A DNA stretch of 64,000 nt from an uncultured virus (IMG/VR IMGVR_UViG_3300035181_001618) (IMGVR_UViG_3300035181_001618:62001-126000); one strand, 5' to 3'; numbered from the stretch's first letter, positions 1 to 9,540 are shown. Program-made: numbers and translations. Notes: generated from the sequence alone by a model not told the origin.

Positions 1-212
1 ATACCCGCTTACCATCGGCTCTGGCAATCAGCTCATCCTTTGGAAGCAAAGTCTCTATCAGCCTATAGGCTTAACAACAACACCCTACATCCTGTCATTT
101 GACACATCCGTAATGCAAATGCCCATGTCAGGCAACTCAACGGTTGATGAAGGCTTGGGATGCTGGATGCGCATCGTCGACTAGCATAAATAGCAACTAG
201 AGGATCTCTTAC

Positions 213-1670
213 ATGGCAATCATCAACTCCCCATCCACTGGCCAAGGCGCCGAAGTTAGCAGCTCTGGCGAGCTGTCAGTAGCCCTGACCAACAACTCAA
301 AGACTCGCATCTTCAGCGAGAACGATGACGGTACGATCCTGGGCACCGCGACGCTGCGTAGCCCTGAGACCTCGAATGACTATCGGCTGCGCATCGGCGT
401 GGACACGATGCTGTTCACCGAGACGTTCAACGCAACCGCGCAAAATACGTCCAACTGGTCATACACCTTCAACACACTGACAGCGTCTTTGCCAGGCGCA
501 GGCACGTTGAACTTCGGCACGGTTCAAGGCACGACCTCATCGCACGGCGCATACATGAAGACGTTCCAGTACTTCCCGGTGGTTGGCACCGCGCCGTTGT
601 CGCTGGAATTTACCCAAGGGCTCTTCACCGCAACGCTCGTAGCCAATGAGAACGTCATGTTCGGCCTGGGTAACCCAACAGCTGCCACGACGGAACCGAC
701 AGACGGTGCTTGGATTCGGATTACTACCGTGGGCATGGTCGGTGAAGTAAGGTTTAACGGCACGACGACGACGACGTCAGTTATGCGCTCCCTCGCACAG
801 CTCACGGTCAGTACGATGTTCAAGACAACGATCGTTGTCTCAGAGCACAGCGTATACTTCTGGTTGGATGACGTGCTAATCGGCACGTTGAATGTTCCAG
901 CGGGCAACGGACAGCCCTTCATCGCTGGCTCGCTACCTGTATTCATGATGAAGTACAACACCGGTACGGTCTCAAACACGAACACGTGGCGTGTCTCGGA
1001 CCTAACGGTGTCGCTGATGGACCTGGACACCAACCTGCCGTATGCTCATCAGCAAGCTCTTGCAGGCCTAATGGCCTACCAAGGTCAGAACGGTACGACT
1101 GTCGGTTCAACGCAAGCCACCGGCACGATTACTACCGGCTCGTCAACGAACCCAACAACGGCTGCCGGCTCGAACACCGCCGCCGCTTCGACGGGCTTGG
1201 GAGGCGTCACGGTCATCACGGCTGCTGCGGGCGCGAACACCGACTACATCGCAACAAGCTACCAGGTGCCAGCAGCGACGATCAACATTACGGGTCGTAA
1301 CTTGATCATCACCGGCGTTCGCATCTCGTCAATCAACACGGGCGCTGCTGTTGTAACCACGCCGACTACTCTTCAGTGGGCGATCGGCTATGGCCATACC
1401 GCCGTGTCGATGCAAACCGCTGAGACTGGTTCATTCGCCACAGGTACAACGAAGACGCCCCGCCGCATCTTCCTCGGTTTCCAGTCGGTACCTATCGCTG
1501 CTGTTATCGGCGCTGTCTATGCGCCGGACCTCGTCATGGACTTTCAGTCCGCGCCGATCGTTGTCCACCCGGGTGAATTCATCAACACCCACTTCAAGCA
1601 GCTTGTGGGTACGGCTACCGCATCCCAGTCGATCACGTCTATCGTGACATTCACCGGCTACTGGGTCTAA
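213..1670 (+). CDS. putative virion structural protein (Thr/Gly/Ala-rich, beta-rich)
   Basis: 485-aa ORF with TAAATA at 187-192 and GAGG upstream; composition typical of tail-associated proteins. Confidence 0.55.
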   Translation: MAIINSPSTGQGAEVSSSGELSVALTNNSKTRIFSENDDGTILGTATLRSPETSNDYRLRIGVDTMLFTETFNATAQNTSNWSYTFNTLTASLPGAGTLNFGTVQGTTSSHGAYMKTFQYFPVVGTAPLSLEFTQGLFTATLVANENVMFGLGNPTAATTEPTDGAWIRITTVGMVGEVRFNGTTTTTSVMRSLAQLTVSTMFKTTIVVSEHSVYFWLDDVLIGTLNVPAGNGQPFIAGSLPVFMMKYNTGTVSNTNTWRVSDLTVSLMDLDTNLPYAHQQALAGLMAYQGQNGTTVGSTQATGTITTGSSTNPTTAAGSNTAAASTGLGGVTVITAAAGANTDYIATSYQVPAATINITGRNLIITGVRISSINTGAAVVTTPTTLQWAIGYGHTAVSMQTAETGSFATGTTKTPRRIFLGFQSVPIAAVIGAVYAPDLVMDFQSAPIVVHPGEFINTHFKQLVGTATASQSITSIVTFTGYWV

Positions 1671-2473
1671 GCAAGCGAGCCGGCAAAGTCCGCCGGCACG
1701 TAGTGGAAAAAGGTTCCCAGTAGCCGGTGCATGTTTGCTGGGAGCTCGTTCCGCCAATGTGGGTCTCGGGTACCTGCATAGAACACAGCGTCGCCTACGT
1801 TGAGCTTGGCAGCATGCGGCACTCCGTTGACTTCGATGAAGAGCGGCCACTCCTTAGGGTCAGCGCTTGACGGGTCGACACCTAAGATGACGGACGCGTT
1901 GTAAACGCACTGCGGCCTGTCAGTGTGCCGCGGCAGCACGGTACCTGCCTCATATGCTGCTGTAAAGCTATAGCTGGTCTTGATGTCAGCGTCAAGCACG
2001 TAGAGTGCAAGCTTGAGCGTAGCCTCATGGACCAGTCGCATCAACGGCGAGTCATTGACCGATGTACGCTTGATGCCAGGCATGTCAGGCCAGCGCTCAT
2101 GGACTTCAGGTTGACGGTAGAAGTAGTCAGCTAGCTGAGCGCAGTAACCCGCAGGCACTATGCCTGGAACCTTGACATAGCCGTCAGCTTTAAGCTGGTC
2201 CTTGAGGTCCTCCCATCGCAGCTGTGGCACCTCGAGCAAACCCAGGACTGTTAGCCTGCGCATTAGCCGGTCATTATCGAGCCTATAGCCGGTCATCGAC
2301 AAGATCAAGCGCTCATCCACCTCGCGCGGTAGCCATGCCTGCAGGTAGTGCTCGTATACCCACATGAGCGGAAAGCGCATTGTCTTGAGCAGCTCGTCAT
2401 AGTCAACACGGTGCAGGCGCTCGCACGGGATAGGCTCGAGAATTGAACGTTGGATGATGTAGGTCTTAAGCAT
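1667..2473 (-). CDS. 2OG-Fe(II) oxygenase
   Basis: HTDRPQC (HxD), WPLFI, GDAVFY, HWR and FFHYV motifs typical of phage 2OG oxygenases. Confidence 0.85.
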   Translation of the reverse strand: MLKTYIIQRSILEPIPCERLHRVDYDELLKTMRFPLMWVYEHYLQAWLPREVDERLILSMTGYRLDNDRLMRRLTVLGLLEVPQLRWEDLKDQLKADGYVKVPGIVPAGYCAQLADYFYRQPEVHERWPDMPGIKRTSVNDSPLMRLVHEATLKLALYVLDADIKTSYSFTAAYEAGTVLPRHTDRPQCVYNASVILGVDPSSADPKEWPLFIEVNGVPHAAKLNVGDAVFYAGTRDPHWRNELPANMHRLLGTFFHYVPADFAGSLA

Positions 2474-2478
2474 GGAAG

Positions 2479-2509
2479 TATTTACAAAGCGGCTAATGCC
2501 GAATACAAT
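2479..2509. promoter_or_regulatory. overlapping divergent promoters: TAAATA (-) and sigma70-like TTTACA-N17-TACAAT (+)
   Basis: tatttacaaagcggctaatgccgaatacaat; ATG 5 nt downstream on - and 7 nt downstream on +. Confidence 0.6.
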
Positions 2510-2516
2510 CCAAGGT

Positions 2517-2855
2517 ATGAAGCGAAAGAAGCATCAGTTAACAAGCAAGCAACAGGCGCTGCATGACTCCAATGAACAGATGCTGGCTAAGTGGGCGAGC
2601 GTACCTAAGTTTGCGCGCACGCCGGCTCCAGTCAAAGTCGCGCCGGTCAAGGCTCCTGAGACTGTCATCCGGCAAACCCCGAAGCCCCAGAGCCTTGTCA
2701 CGCCTGGCGGAAGTACGGCGCTGAAGCCTGTGCCGGTCTACACCGGCAACAAGATGCTTGGCATTGCAACCATGCACAAGTCAAATGAAAGCCCCCCTAC
2801 GTCGGTCGCCAACCTATGCACCCTTGCTCACGCGAGCTTTGGGCTAGGCTCGTGA
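2517..2855 (+). CDS. conserved phage hypothetical protein
   Basis: YTGNKMLGIATMHKSN motif recalled from T4-like phage hypotheticals; start placed at the ATG after TACAAT. Confidence 0.6.
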   Translation: MKRKKHQLTSKQQALHDSNEQMLAKWASVPKFARTPAPVKVAPVKAPETVIRQTPKPQSLVTPGGSTALKPVPVYTGNKMLGIATMHKSNESPPTSVANLCTLAHASFGLGS

Positions 2856-2986
2856 CCAAGCGAGAGCCCAACGAGTATGTCATCGTGCATCACGTCACTG
2901 ACCTGCCCAACCACTTGCAGCTCGAAGTTGAGCGCAGGTCAACAACGCTCGGCATCTGGTTCGAGCGCATCATAATAACATCATGA
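2816..2986 (+). CDS. small hypothetical protein (56 aa)
   Basis: MHPCSRELWARLVTKREPNEY...IIITS; ATGA overlap with the next gene. Confidence 0.4.
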   Translation: MHPCSRELWARLVTKREPNEYVIVHHVTDLPNHLQLEVERRSTTLGIWFERIIITS

Positions 2987-3558
2987 CACAGACACTCTTC
3001 TTCACGTCCGACACCCACTTCGGACACGCCAACGTCATCAAGTACTCGAAGCGCCCTTTCGGTAACGTCAACGAGATGAACGAAGCGTTGATCGAAAAAT
3101 GGAATGCTCGGGTCAAGCCGAATGACATCGTTTGGCATCTGGGCGACTTTGCCTTCCTCCCAGCTGTCAAGGCTGAGAACATCCTGTGCCGGCTCAACGG
3201 CAAGAAGCGCTTGATCCTCGGCAACCACGACTCGGTCATCGAGGATAACAAGCAGCTGCACGCTTACTTCGAGCTGATCGAGAAGAAGCGCGTGATCAAC
3301 ATTCCTGACCAGGGCGTGGGCAAGTACAACCGTCAGCAGATCACGCTCAACCACACGCCTGAGCTGACCTGGGAGTCCGGCCACCACGGAGCCTGGATGC
3401 TGCACGGCCACTGTCATGGCACGACCATTCACCCCTGGGGCGGCAAGATCCAGGACATCGGCGTGGACGCGCCAGGCATGAACTATGCGCCCATCTCCTA
3501 TGAGGAGCTCAAGGCTCTAATGGCGCCCCGGGCTTTCTCAAAGCACCACGGGGACTGA
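2983..3558 (+). CDS. calcineurin-like metallophosphoesterase
   Basis: SDTHFGH, LGDF, GNHD and HGHCH motifs. Confidence 0.9.
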   Translation: MTQTLFFTSDTHFGHANVIKYSKRPFGNVNEMNEALIEKWNARVKPNDIVWHLGDFAFLPAVKAENILCRLNGKKRLILGNHDSVIEDNKQLHAYFELIEKKRVINIPDQGVGKYNRQQITLNHTPELTWESGHHGAWMLHGHCHGTTIHPWGGKIQDIGVDAPGMNYAPISYEELKALMAPRAFSKHHGD

Positions 3559-3606
3559 GATGACAGGCGTGAGCCCGTCTCGGGGGCGCCTCCGTTACAG
3601 AAGTGA

Positions 3607-3634
3607 TTTACACCAGCGCCTTCCTGGTGTACAA
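3607..3634 (+). promoter_or_regulatory. sigma70-like early promoter
   Basis: TTTACA followed by TACAAT at about 16-17 nt, then GGAGG and ATG 3661. Confidence 0.6.
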
Positions 3635-3660
3635 TCCGTACAATACTAACGGAGGCTGAC

Positions 3661-4716
3661 ATGGAAGTTTACGCTGTGGGCGGCTCAGTCCGTGACGAGC
3701 TGCTGGGCTTGACACCTTCGGACCATGACTACGTGGTCACCGGCGCCACCGAGGCCGAGATGTTGAAGCTCGGCTTTGAGAAGGTCGGCGCCGACTTTCC
3801 GGTGTTCTTGCACCCACAGAACGGCGACCAATGGGCGCTGGCTCGAATCGAACGCAAGGTGGCTGTTGGCTATCACGGCTTCGAGGTTGACGCCGCGCCC
3901 ACCGTCACGATTGAGGATGACCTGGCCCGCCGTGACTTGACCATCAACTCGATGGCCAAGCACACGAAGACAGGGGAGCTGGTTGACCCTTACAGTGGCA
4001 GGCGTGACCTACAAGTCAAGGTGTTGAGGCACACGAGCAAAGCCTTTTGCGAGGATCCGCTCCGTGTCCTGCGGCTGGCCCGCTTCGCTGGCAAGTTTCC
4101 GGACTTTGACATCGCCGTCGAAACTATCGAGCTGTGCGAGGACATGATCAAGCACGGCCAGCTGAACGAGCTGTCCCAAGAGCGGATCTGGGCTGAGCTG
4201 GTCAAAGCCTTGGAGACGCCGGACCCGATGCGTTTCTTCAGGGTGCTCTATGTCATGAAGGCCTTCGGCCGTGTCAAAGGCCTTGCTGCTTTACGCACGA
4301 TGGACGCCGACTTCACCCAAGCTTTGCTCAACAAGACTCGAGAGCCTGACTTAGTGCTGGCTTGGCTGATCAAGCATGGTGGTGCCGTCAACCGTATCAC
4401 CGAGGCCGCTGCACGCGGCCTGCCTGGCGGGACCGTCAAGGCCTTTGACGTGATCACTCGCAAATGGGATCGCTCAAATCCTGTCAGCCTGCTCGATGAC
4501 ATGCAGCAAACCGGAGCCACCCGTGGCCTGTGGGCGCAAGTGCGTCGAGCCATGGTGTTCACAGATCCTGTTGAGCTCGAGCTCCTGGAGCAAGGCGTTA
4601 AGGCAGTCAACGGCGTGCTGGCCGAGCCGTTCCTGGGCCTGCCTGGCAAGGAGATCGGCCTGGCTCTCAAGCATGCTCGCATCGAAGCCTTGACCAAGGT
4701 CTATCATCATGGCTGA
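3661..4716 (+). CDS. cca: class II tRNA nucleotidyltransferase (CCA-adding enzyme)
   Basis: VGGSVRD..LG...DHDYV, DFPVFL, ALAR.ERK, DLARRDLTINSMA, EDPLRVLRLARF and ERIWAE; no HD domain. Confidence 0.92.
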   Translation: MEVYAVGGSVRDELLGLTPSDHDYVVTGATEAEMLKLGFEKVGADFPVFLHPQNGDQWALARIERKVAVGYHGFEVDAAPTVTIEDDLARRDLTINSMAKHTKTGELVDPYSGRRDLQVKVLRHTSKAFCEDPLRVLRLARFAGKFPDFDIAVETIELCEDMIKHGQLNELSQERIWAELVKALETPDPMRFFRVLYVMKAFGRVKGLAALRTMDADFTQALLNKTREPDLVLAWLIKHGGAVNRITEAAARGLPGGTVKAFDVITRKWDRSNPVSLLDDMQQTGATRGLWAQVRRAMVFTDPVELELLEQGVKAVNGVLAEPFLGLPGKEIGLALKHARIEALTKVYHHG

Positions 4717-4882
4717 TGAGAAGGACGAGAACACCCTCGTCATCCCGATTCAAAGGCCGCGTGACCCGATCGCGCGTGACCTGCTAACGCCCAAGTACCG
4801 GCAGCGCATCCAACGGCAGCGCAAGGGTAAGGGCTCATTCGAACGCAAGAAGGCAATTCCAGATGACGACTCTCTCACCTGA
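4709..4882 (+). CDS. arfA: alternative ribosome-rescue factor A homolog (57 aa)
   Basis: own translation [57 protein letters not shown]; PxY/FRQR and KGKGS(Y/F)xRK match ArfA. Confidence 0.8.
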   Translation: MADEKDENTLVIPIQRPRDPIARDLLTPKYRQRIQRQRKGKGSFERKKAIPDDDSLT

Positions 4883-5242
4883 CTAGCTCAAGACCATCTT
4901 GAGCAGACCGGCTACTCAGAGGAGGTGCTTAAGCTAGCGCCTGATACCCAGCTCTCGAAGCTCAAAGCCGACGGTATGCTGGACAGCCTCGATGCGGTTG
5001 AGCTGGTCATGGCTGTCGAAGACGAGTTTCGTATCGAGCTCAGCGACGATGACATCGAGAATGTGAAGACCGTCGGCGACTACGTCAAGCTGATCAACGA
5101 GGCAATGGGTACGCTGCGGGAGCGGGGGTGCCGTACAACCAAGAGCACGGTCACTTTTACGACCGAGCTCACCTATCGGCAACACGAAAAGCTGCAAGCT
5201 AAAGGTGGTGAAGCATGGCTCAAGAAGACACTCAACAAGTGA
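4863..5242 (+). CDS. acyl carrier protein-like; N-terminus damaged, fused to an unrelated C-terminal extension
   Basis: [17 protein letters not shown]...TVGD ACP signature in frame 4925-5242; upstream ATG 4863 is followed by TAG and is out of frame. Confidence 0.7.
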
Positions 5243-5727
5243 GCTCGGATTCCTGGTGCGACTTCGGCATCGAGCAGGGCAGCGGCGTCCCGAAGGGTGA
5301 CAAGTTCAAGGAGCAGCTGCGCATGCTCCAAGCCAAGCATCATCCGATCAAGCAGGCTCCTCGGTTCACCCGTGTCGTAGGTCGCTACAACCTCCTCCGC
5401 AACGAGGACTCTGCAGCCTTAGCTGTCTCATTTGACGCGGGCGCTGGCCTCATGGCCATCTCTGTCACGGTCACCCCGGACAGCGAGGACGACTACGGCG
5501 GCTCTGACCCATTCGAAGCGATGAAGGTCATCGAGCGCGTAGGGAAGAGCTACTTCATCGACACTGGCGCGAAGAGCGTCAGAAGAAGGTTGACACCTTC
5601 TGGCGCAACGAAGTTAAGCTCCGGCAAGCTTACTACAAAGAACGTGCGGTCAAAGCTCAAGCTGCGGCCGCTCGTGCTTCGCTCGGCGCACCGTGCCTAC
5701 AACGACTACTTGGACTCTCTCGAATGA
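5215..5727 (+). CDS. hypothetical protein
   Basis: ORF tiles the operon with ATGA overlap into the Thg1 gene. Confidence 0.55.
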   Translation: MAQEDTQQVSSDSWCDFGIEQGSGVPKGDKFKEQLRMLQAKHHPIKQAPRFTRVVGRYNLLRNEDSAALAVSFDAGAGLMAISVTVTPDSEDDYGGSDPFEAMKVIERVGKSYFIDTGAKSVRRRLTPSGATKLSSGKLTTKNVRSKLKLRPLVLRSAHRAYNDYLDSLE

Positions 5728-6551
5728 AAACAGACGCACTCGGTGACCGGGTCAAAGCCTACGAGGGCTTGGCTAATGAGCGCTCCTTCTTTCGTCCGGG
5801 AGTCTCGCTTGTCCAAGACTGGGAGTGGGTTGTCGCGCGCGTTGACGGCCGTACATTCAGCACCTTCACAAAGGGCATGCAGAAGCCCGTCGACTCCTGG
5901 ATCCTCGAAGCCATGATTCAGGCTACGGCCGGTACCTTCACAAAGATGCGGCCGCGCTTGGCCTATGTGCAGTCTGATGAAGCCACCTTCTGCTGGCATC
6001 GTGACAAGCTCGAGTTCAACATGCGTGAGCAGAAGAACGTGAGCCTGCTGTCGGCGACCTTCACTGGCCGATTCCTCGATACCCTGATGCGGACTGACCC
6101 GACTCGCTACTTGGAGCTCAACGAGCCGCCGGCCTTTGACTGCCGCATGTGGGAGGTGCCCACGGAGCTGGACGTGTTGGACGCTTTTACCTGGCGTGAG
6201 AAGGACGCGGTCAAGAACGCTGTGAGCACCGCAGCCCGTGTCGTTGCGCCTGAGCGTGAGCTGCATGGCATCAGCATGCAAGACCGTCGTGAGCTGCTCA
6301 AGGAGCGAGGCTTCGACTGGGAGAGCCTGCCACCTACCTACACTAACGGCGCCTACCTGCGGCATGTCTCCTTCCTCAAGCCGCTGGACGAGGAGGTTCG
6401 ACAGCGCATCCCTTTGGCCAAGCGTCCGGCCGCCGGCGAGCCTGTGACCAGGCATGAGGTCCGCGTTGATACTCAATGGCTCAGCATCCACCAGCTAGAC
6501 AACGTGGCCGAGTTCTTCAACGGTGGTGAGCCGAAATTGAGGCCACTCTAA
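5724..6551 (+). CDS. tRNA(His) guanylyltransferase Thg1-like 3'-5' polymerase
   Basis: LGDRVKAYE, ARVDGRTFSTFT, YVQSDE, AFDCR and WRExDAVKN motifs. Confidence 0.92.
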   Translation: MKTDALGDRVKAYEGLANERSFFRPGVSLVQDWEWVVARVDGRTFSTFTKGMQKPVDSWILEAMIQATAGTFTKMRPRLAYVQSDEATFCWHRDKLEFNMREQKNVSLLSATFTGRFLDTLMRTDPTRYLELNEPPAFDCRMWEVPTELDVLDAFTWREKDAVKNAVSTAARVVAPERELHGISMQDRRELLKERGFDWESLPPTYTNGAYLRHVSFLKPLDEEVRQRIPLAKRPAAGEPVTRHEVRVDTQWLSIHQLDNVAEFFNGGEPKLRPL

Positions 6552-6609
6552 GTGTTTACAACTTGCTCGATAGGGTGTACTATTATACCTATCGGCAAGT
6601 TGAATACTT

Positions 6610-7335
6610 ATGAACATGAAAGTTACCGGCAACCTCGTCTTCGAGCCTGACCGCGGCGCGGACTTCCGCAAGACCGGCAAGCTCAAGACCTTGATCCTGG
6701 ACCTCCCAGGGAAGAAGCACCGTGAGCTGGCTCGCTACTATGCCAAGCTCATAGAGCTTGAGCATGGCCCATGGTGCAACCTGCTTGAGCCAATGTTCGG
6801 CACCCACATCACGGTGGTCCGCGGCAACGGTGACCGCTTTGACGAAGAGCGGTGCAAGCAGGTTGTCAACAGCCAAATCACGGTCGAGCTCGACCCAACT
6901 ACCCTGCAACGCACACCATGGTCCGGCAAGAATCCCGCCTTCTGGTACATGAAGGTGGTGTCGCCTGAGCTGACTAACTTACGCAAGCTGCTGCAAGTCA
7001 AGCCGATCTTCAGCTATGACGCTCACTTGACCGTGGCACGCGAAAGCCTGGACTTCTACATGCACACCGAACCGCCTCGCTACCCTGTAGCTGTGGCGCT
7101 CGCTGCGGCTGAGCTCATCCCAGGCGTTGTGCGCAGTCGCAAGAAGGGCGAGGCTCGGCAAAGCGGCAATGAAGCCTTGAAGGATGAGCTCCTTCGCTTT
7201 GCACAACGCGCTCATCGTGACCCATTCTGCAACGGTGAAGCCTTGCAAGCGCTTGTGTATGAGCACGTCAAAGTTCCCACCGCCGACTGGCAGCGCGAGC
7301 TGCTCAACCTGTTCTGTTCAGTTAGGACATCATGA
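6610..7335 (+). CDS. 2H phosphoesterase family protein
   Basis: two HxT motifs (GTHITVV, DAHLTVA) about 75 aa apart; preceded by a TTTACA...TACTAT promoter-like sequence. Confidence 0.7.
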   Translation: MNMKVTGNLVFEPDRGADFRKTGKLKTLILDLPGKKHRELARYYAKLIELEHGPWCNLLEPMFGTHITVVRGNGDRFDEERCKQVVNSQITVELDPTTLQRTPWSGKNPAFWYMKVVSPELTNLRKLLQVKPIFSYDAHLTVARESLDFYMHTEPPRYPVAVALAAAELIPGVVRSRKKGEARQSGNEALKDELLRFAQRAHRDPFCNGEALQALVYEHVKVPTADWQRELLNLFCSVRTS

Positions 7336-7844
7336 AAAAATTCTTCACCGTCGAGGATGACCTGCTATCCGCACCTCGCGGCTTCATCATCCACGGCTGC
7401 AATGACAAGGGTGTCATGGGGTCAGGCGTCGCCGCCGGCGTGCGTAACCGCTACCCTGGCGCCTACGCCGTCTACAAGCAAACCGAGCAGCTGCTCGGTT
7501 TGAAGATCGGCACCTGCTCGTTCTATCAGCACAACCCAGAGCTGTTCATCGTCAACGCCGTCACCCAAACGCTGGGCGGCCCGAACCCGCTCGACATGCA
7601 GGGCTTGGCTGAATGCTTCAGCAAGACGCTGTATATGATGAGCATGCACGAGTACTGCAGCGGCATCTCCGCAGGCAGCCTGCCGCTGCTGTTCCCAATG
7701 ATCGGCGCCGGGCGGGCGGGCGGGGACTGGAATGAGATCAGCGATGTCATCGTCAAGGTCACTAGCTCCACCAGCTTGGCTTTGGCGGTCAACCGCCAGC
7801 TGATTCTGTACACGGTCAAGGCAGAGCCTGCCGACTGCCGTTAA
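7332..7844 (+). CDS. macrodomain ADP-ribose glycohydrolase
   Basis: DLL...IIHGCNDKGVMGSGVA and PMIGAGRAGGDW motifs. Confidence 0.88.
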   Translation: MKKFFTVEDDLLSAPRGFIIHGCNDKGVMGSGVAAGVRNRYPGAYAVYKQTEQLLGLKIGTCSFYQHNPELFIVNAVTQTLGGPNPLDMQGLAECFSKTLYMMSMHEYCSGISAGSLPLLFPMIGAGRAGGDWNEISDVIVKVTSSTSLALAVNRQLILYTVKAEPADCR

Positions 7845-7854
7845 AGGAGGTCAC

Positions 7855-8307
7855 ATGTTCGTGCTACCCATTGAAGGCCCACCTCATAGCGAGTCACCCA
7901 TTGCAGCAAAGCACAAGATCGAAGAGCTTGAGGCTCAGGTGCGCCTGCTGACTCGCCAGCTCGAGGACGCAAGGCTCGATTGCCTCGCAGCAAAGCGCGG
8001 CTTGGTGCTGGCTGTCAAGTGGCCGGCCAAGGTGTCATCGCCTGCGCGGACAATCTTTGTCCCGCCGAACGAGGAGCGCGAAGGCTTTGTTCGAGGCTGG
8101 AACTCGGCGCTCGAAGCATGTCGGCATGGCGTTCATGAAAGCTCCCGTGTCCAGTGGGTCAACGACTGCAATCGGACGATCATCGAAGGACTGCTCTTCT
8201 TGGCCAGCAACCCGCGGCCTACTGGAGGCCAGGAGCGGTTCAATGCTGAGCACCTACGGCAGCTTGCCGGTGAGTTGCAAGCCGTGGTGAAGCAGACGCT
8301 TCCTTGA
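7855..8307 (+). CDS. hypothetical protein
   Basis: AAGGAGG RBS, 150-aa ORF. Confidence 0.6.
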   Translation: MFVLPIEGPPHSESPIAAKHKIEELEAQVRLLTRQLEDARLDCLAAKRGLVLAVKWPAKVSSPARTIFVPPNEEREGFVRGWNSALEACRHGVHESSRVQWVNDCNRTIIEGLLFLASNPRPTGGQERFNAEHLRQLAGELQAVVKQTLP

Positions 8308-8319
8308 GGAGGTAAATAG

Positions 8320-8544
8320 GTGGCACAACCTAACCGTTGGGAACATATGACTCCAGAAGAAACCAAAGCCGCCCTGCGCAACTTCATCAACGCTACCATC
8401 AAGGGTGACCCTGAAGGCAACGCACAATCGATCATCAGCAACGTGCTACAGTCCAAGATGAAAGCCCGCATCATGGGCACGGCAGGGCCTGAGACCATCG
8501 ATACGGCCACGCCTGTTGTCGACGACACCGCCGGAGCTGAGTAA
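8320..8544 (+). CDS. small late protein, prohead-core-like
   Basis: TAAATA at 8313; helical FINATIKGD..A...SNVLQSK pattern resembles small T4-like core proteins. Confidence 0.45.
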   Translation: MAQPNRWEHMTPEETKAALRNFINATIKGDPEGNAQSIISNVLQSKMKARIMGTAGPETIDTATPVVDDTAGAE

Positions 8545-9065
8545 TGCTTGTAGCACTCGTGAAGAATGACAAGATCAAGCTGCTCGGCCAAGACGGCGTG
8601 CACGTGGTCAGCTCCTACACGAGCCTCAAGACCCAGCCCGCGGTGTATGTCAAGGAGCCGTTGCCTGACGGCTCTCGTGCCGCTTTCTTTGCAGACGTGG
8701 TTGAAATCAACGGCGTCAAGGTCCAGTATGACGAGAGCTCGAAGCTCCTCGAAGCGCTGGGCCCGCTGAAGCGCTCCTTTAACCTGCCACAGCCAGGCGA
8801 CACCGTTGTCTACACCTTGGTCGAGACCGACTATGACGAAGAACGGGTTGAGGCTGAGGTTAAGGACCTTCGCTTGCACGCACGAGGTAACGCGACCAAG
8901 TCGCTGCAGGTCAAGCTCGTCGGCTCAGACACGGCTCTCGAGCTGACTGATATCGTTGACATCAAGCGAAAAGTAGGCAATGACGTCTTCAACCGCGCCA
9001 AGTTCCAGCACACCTACGTCGACTACCTCAGCTACGGCTCGAGAGATTCGGACAAGCGCTCTTAA
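8544..9065 (+). CDS. hypothetical protein
   Basis: TAATG coupling to the previous gene. Confidence 0.6.
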   Translation: MLVALVKNDKIKLLGQDGVHVVSSYTSLKTQPAVYVKEPLPDGSRAAFFADVVEINGVKVQYDESSKLLEALGPLKRSFNLPQPGDTVVYTLVETDYDEERVEAEVKDLRLHARGNATKSLQVKLVGSDTALELTDIVDIKRKVGNDVFNRAKFQHTYVDYLSYGSRDSDKRS

Positions 9066-9288
9066 GCTTCAACAGCTGCTGATCGAAGACCCTGAATTGA
9101 ACACGAAGACGGTGTTGCTTTCGCTGCTAGCATTATGCCATCCCACTCGATTACGACTGACACTGGGAAATGCTTGTTAGCTCGTTGAGGCCGAAGGTAG
9201 ATATCATGCTTCGAGCCGTAGTAGCTGTGCAGATTGCTGCTTAAGCTTCAACCCAAATGCCTCGGGCAAGAAAAGCTGCATCGCGGCT

Positions 9289-9540
9289 TCAGGCGCTAAG
9301 CCTAAGATCCGGCTGTTTGTAGCATGATGACCAGACCTGGCCATGAAATGAGTGAGCGTTATGCCAAATGAGCTCGTCAACAAGGTTGGGCAGGGTGACA
9401 TGCATCCCACCCATGCTATTCATCTTAGCGTCAAGGTCAGCGCCGTACTCGTTGTCGATGATTAGCTGTTGAAGCTTCAGCGAATCTACACGAATGTCAT
9501 GGGCAGGCTTTGGCGCTTCGAGCAGGTGTCCTAGCTTCAT
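9289..9540 (-). CDS. MKLxxLxE/LKLQQ family protein (probably truncated)
   Basis: MKLGHLLE...SLKLQQLIID. Confidence 0.55.
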   Translation of the reverse strand: MKLGHLLEAPKPAHDIRVDSLKLQQLIIDNEYGADLDAKMNSMGGMHVTLPNLVDELIWHNAHSFHGQVWSSCYKQPDLRLSA

